A stretch of DNA of 64,000 nucleotides from Squalus acanthias (Eukaryota). Positions 60,688-64,000 of the stretch are shown here, piece after piece; positions within the stretch are counted from its first letter, which is position 1; each line of letters opens with the position of its first letter. Position numbers and translations under genes: made by a program. The stretch covers positions 64,110,001 through 64,174,000 of the forward strand of contig CM059432.1 of the NCBI GenBank assembly GCA_030390025.1, read 5' to 3'. The notes beneath the pieces were generated by a model. It was not told the DNA's origin. It saw only the letters and a program-made list of their open reading frames with translations, and ran no database searches.

Positions 60688-63600
60688 ACATAGGATTGCA
60701 TAGGATATATGGCACAGAAACAGGCCATTCGGCCCAACCAGTCCATGCCGGCATTTATGCTCCACACGAGCCTCTTCCCATCTTTCCTCATCTATATCTA
60801 TCAGCATAACCCTCTATTCCCTTTTCCCTCATATGCTTGTCTAGCCTCCCCTTAAATGCATCCATACTATTCACTTCAACCACTCCCTGTGGTAGCGAGT
60901 TCCACATTCTCACCACTCTTTGGGTAAAGAAGTTTCTTCTGAATTCCCTATTGGATTTCTTGGTGACTATCTTATATTGATGGCCTCTAGTTATGCTCTT
61001 CCCCGCAAGTGGAAACATTCTCTCTGTATCCACTCTATCAAAATTTTTCATAATTTTAAAGACCTCTATTAGGTCACCCCTCAGCCTTTTTTCAAGAGAG
61101 AAGAGACCCAGCCTGTTCATCCTTTCCTGATATGTATACCTTCGCATTTCTGGTATCATCCTTGTAAATCTTCTTTGTACCCTCTCCAGTGCCTTTATAT
61201 CCTTTTTATAATATGGCAACCAGAACTGTACGCAATACTCTAAGGGGGAGAAATTCAGTATCGCCCCATTTGGGGCGCAAAGATTAGCGCCTGGCGCTAA
61301 TTATCGCCACCGACTGCAAACTTGACTTTTATCGCCCCTGGAGGTGATTGCAGCGCTATATCAGGCGCTTCACACCTGTCTTAAGGCGCAAAGGCCGAGG
61401 AGCGAGGCGCTACCTCAGAGCGCTGGCGAAGCTCATGTAATGTCAGTCAGCAATGGAGCACACACACAATGGCACGGGCCAGTTCTTAAAGGGGATGGTT
61501 AATCTTGCTTTCCATCCACATCCTGCTCATTGCAGCCTTGAATCTCGGCCTGGAGAGACTTGCACATCAAATGTGCTGGAAAGAACAATGGAGAGTACCA
61601 GACAAAGAGCTCAGAGTGCAGCCCCCACAGTCTCTGCTAAATCGATACAAGGAATGGCAAATCAAAATGAACCTGCAAAGTGCTGCTCAGTACCCAAAAC
61701 TACTTCACACAACGTTGAATCTCTCCAGAAGTCTCTCCCTCTCTCAGAATGCATAGTTCAAAAATGGCACCAACAATAAAAGGCAGGAAGCGGTCACCTT
61801 TAAATAGCGCTCCCCCTTTCCCTTCATGACTGCAGAACGCTCCACTCAAACTGTCGTTGCTAGTGTCAGGCGGTAAGGCAGGGGGCGCCACTCAATATCC
61901 GCTCCGGGGCGATACCGGGGCGTTGCGCACTCAACTGACGTCACGATCTGCCGGCGCAGGAGATCGTGGTTGTAGTGTTTAGCGCCGCCGCAAAATGTCT
62001 AGTTCATTTCACGAGCGGCGCAAACTTCGCCGCGCCTGGGTGCTAGATGCTTTGCGCCCCATTAGCGCCCTCTTAAGGCGCTAATGGGAGGCGCAACCAA
62101 CTGAATTTTTCCCCCTAAGTGTGGTCTAACCAAGGTTCGATACAGGTTTAGCATATCTTCCCTACTTTTCAATTCTATCCCTCTAGAAATAAACCCTAGT
62201 GCTTGGTTTGCTTTTTTTATGGCCTTGCTAACCTGTGTCACAATTCTTAGTGATTTGTGTATTTGTGATCCCTTTATTCCTCTACCCCACCTAGACTCGC
62301 ACCCTCCAAGTGATAAGTGACCTCCCTATTCTTCATACCAAAATGTAATACCTCACATTTATCTGTATTGAACTTCATTTGCCAATTATATGCCCATTCT
62401 GCAAGTTTATTAATATCCTCCTGTAAATTGTTGCAGTCCTCCTCAGTATTGACTATCCCGCCCAATTTGGTGTCCTCCGCAAATTTAGAAATTGTGTTTT
62501 TCATTCCTAAGTCTAAATCGTTAATGTAAATTGTGAACAGCAGTGGTCCCAGCACTGATCCTTGTGGTACACCACTACCCAACTTCTGCCACTATGAATA
62601 GCTACCCTTTACTCTTACTCTCTGCTTACTGTCCTGAAGCCAGCCAGCAATACATTCTGCTACTTGTTCCTTGACTCCGCATTCTCTGACCTTGTTCATC
62701 AGTCTATTATGGGGTACCTTATCGAAGGCCTTTTGAAAATCCAGATAAATTACATCTACTGCATTACCATTGTCTACTCTCTCTGTTACCTCTTCAAAAA
62801 ATTCAATAAGGTTGGTCAAGCAAGATTTTCCCTTTTGAAATCCATGTTGACTATTCATTATTATATTTTTGGTTTCTAGATGTTCTTCTATTTTCTCCTT
62901 TAGTAGGGATTCCATTATTTTTCCTAACGCCGAAGTTAAGCTGACCAGTTTATAATTCCCTGGACATGTTCTATCCCCCTTCTTAAATATAGGTATTATG
63001 TTAGCTATCCACCAGTCCTCTGGCACTACACCTTTTTCTAATGAATTATTAATTATGTGTAGTAATGCCTCTGCTATCTCTTCCCTAGATTCTTTTAAAA
63101 TGCGTGGATGCAAGCCACTTGGACCAGGGGTTTTATCCTCTTTGAGTTTGATTAATTTATTTAATATACCCCCTTTTTAAATTTTAAATGCACTTATCCC
63201 ATTACTAATTTCATCATCCAATTTCATGTCCACCTGTTCTATCTCCCTGGTAAATACTGAAGCAAATTAATTGTTTAATATTTCTGTCATCTCTCTATCG
63301 TTACTTGTGGTATTGTCCTGTCTATCCCTTAATGGCCCTATTCCCATCCCAACCTTCCTTTTTTTATTGATGTGCCTATAAAATATTTTACTACTTTGTT
63401 TTATGTTCCTTGATAATTTAATTTCATAGTTCCTCTTTGCCTCCCTAATTGTTTTTTCGACTTCTCTCCTAATCTTTTCATATACTCTCTTATCATGCAC
63501 TCCCCTGCTGTCTGTGTACTTAATGTATGCCTCTTTCCTTACCCTTAATTTTTCCCTTATGGCTTTATTCATCCATGGAGTCTCATTATTGTTTAGTTTG

Positions 63601-64000
63601 TTCTTTCCTTTTAGCGGAATATATTTTTCCTGCACTCTGTTGAACACCATTTTAAATATTTCCCATTGCTGTTCTACATTGTTGTTTACCAATATTGTTG
63701 CCCATTTTTTCCCCAAGTTCTATTTTCAGCCTCTCAAATCAGCTTTTCTCCAATCTATTAACCTGGTTTTTATCATACTTATATCCTTCTCAATTATCAT
63801 CTTAAAGCGTATTATATTATGGTCACTATTGCCTAGATGTTCCCCTACCTTTACTTCTCTTATCTGCTCTGGCTCATTCCCCATTACTAGATCCAATATG
63901 GAATCCTCCCTTCTTGGGCTTGTTACATATTGGGTTAGAAAGGAGTCCTGTACACATTGTAGGAACTCCATTTCCTTATCCCCTTTACCTACCTCTGCTG
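60688..64000 (-). mobile_element. CR1 LINE (third family) running off the window end; interrupted by MITE 61244-62115
   Basis: SDHNII, LHPRILKE, QHGFQKGKSCLTNL, GVPQGSVLGP, RGDLIEVFK. Confidence 0.94.
61244..62115. mobile_element. Harbinger MITE family B (872 bp)
   Basis: TIR GGGGGAGAAATTCAGT / ACTGAATTTTTCCCCC; TSD TAA; CR1 restored on removal (ATACTCTAAGTGTGG). Confidence 0.93.

Overview
Eukaryotic, vertebrate-type genomic DNA, most likely from a cartilaginous fish. That assignment is inferred from the repeat families: Deu-domain SINEs, CR1 LINEs with 8-mer tails, GC-rich Harbinger MITEs and Penelope-type foldbacks. I recognise no host protein-coding exon or RNA gene. The window is a dense, nested transposon landscape. 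It holds two near-full-length CR1 LINEs (zinc-binding + SGNH-esterase ORF1, APE-RT ORF2) plus many fragments, and a tRNA-headed LINE family. It also holds PIF/Harbinger transposase and Myb/SANT partner pseudogenes with about ten MITEs, and a complete, CpG-rich, lightly mutated CsRn1-like Gypsy retrotransposon (47309-51735, TSD ACTT, tRNA-Trp PBS). Smaller components are two long LTR-like segments, Tigger-like and hAT-like MITEs, and an old L1-clade relic. The most notable signals are four: (i) short foldback elements with TSDs carrying minimal hammerhead-ribozyme cores, one of which appears to have swollen to 7.9 kb by nested insertions; (ii) a tRNA-headed, internally deleted LINE that looks like a SINE-in-the-making; (iii) repeated Harbinger MITE insertion into CR1 sequence, especially the 8-mer tails; (iv) a conserved CRE/CCAAT/twin-splice-donor module in CR1 5' UTRs. 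All calls were made by eye, with no database searches; boundaries of old elements are approximate.
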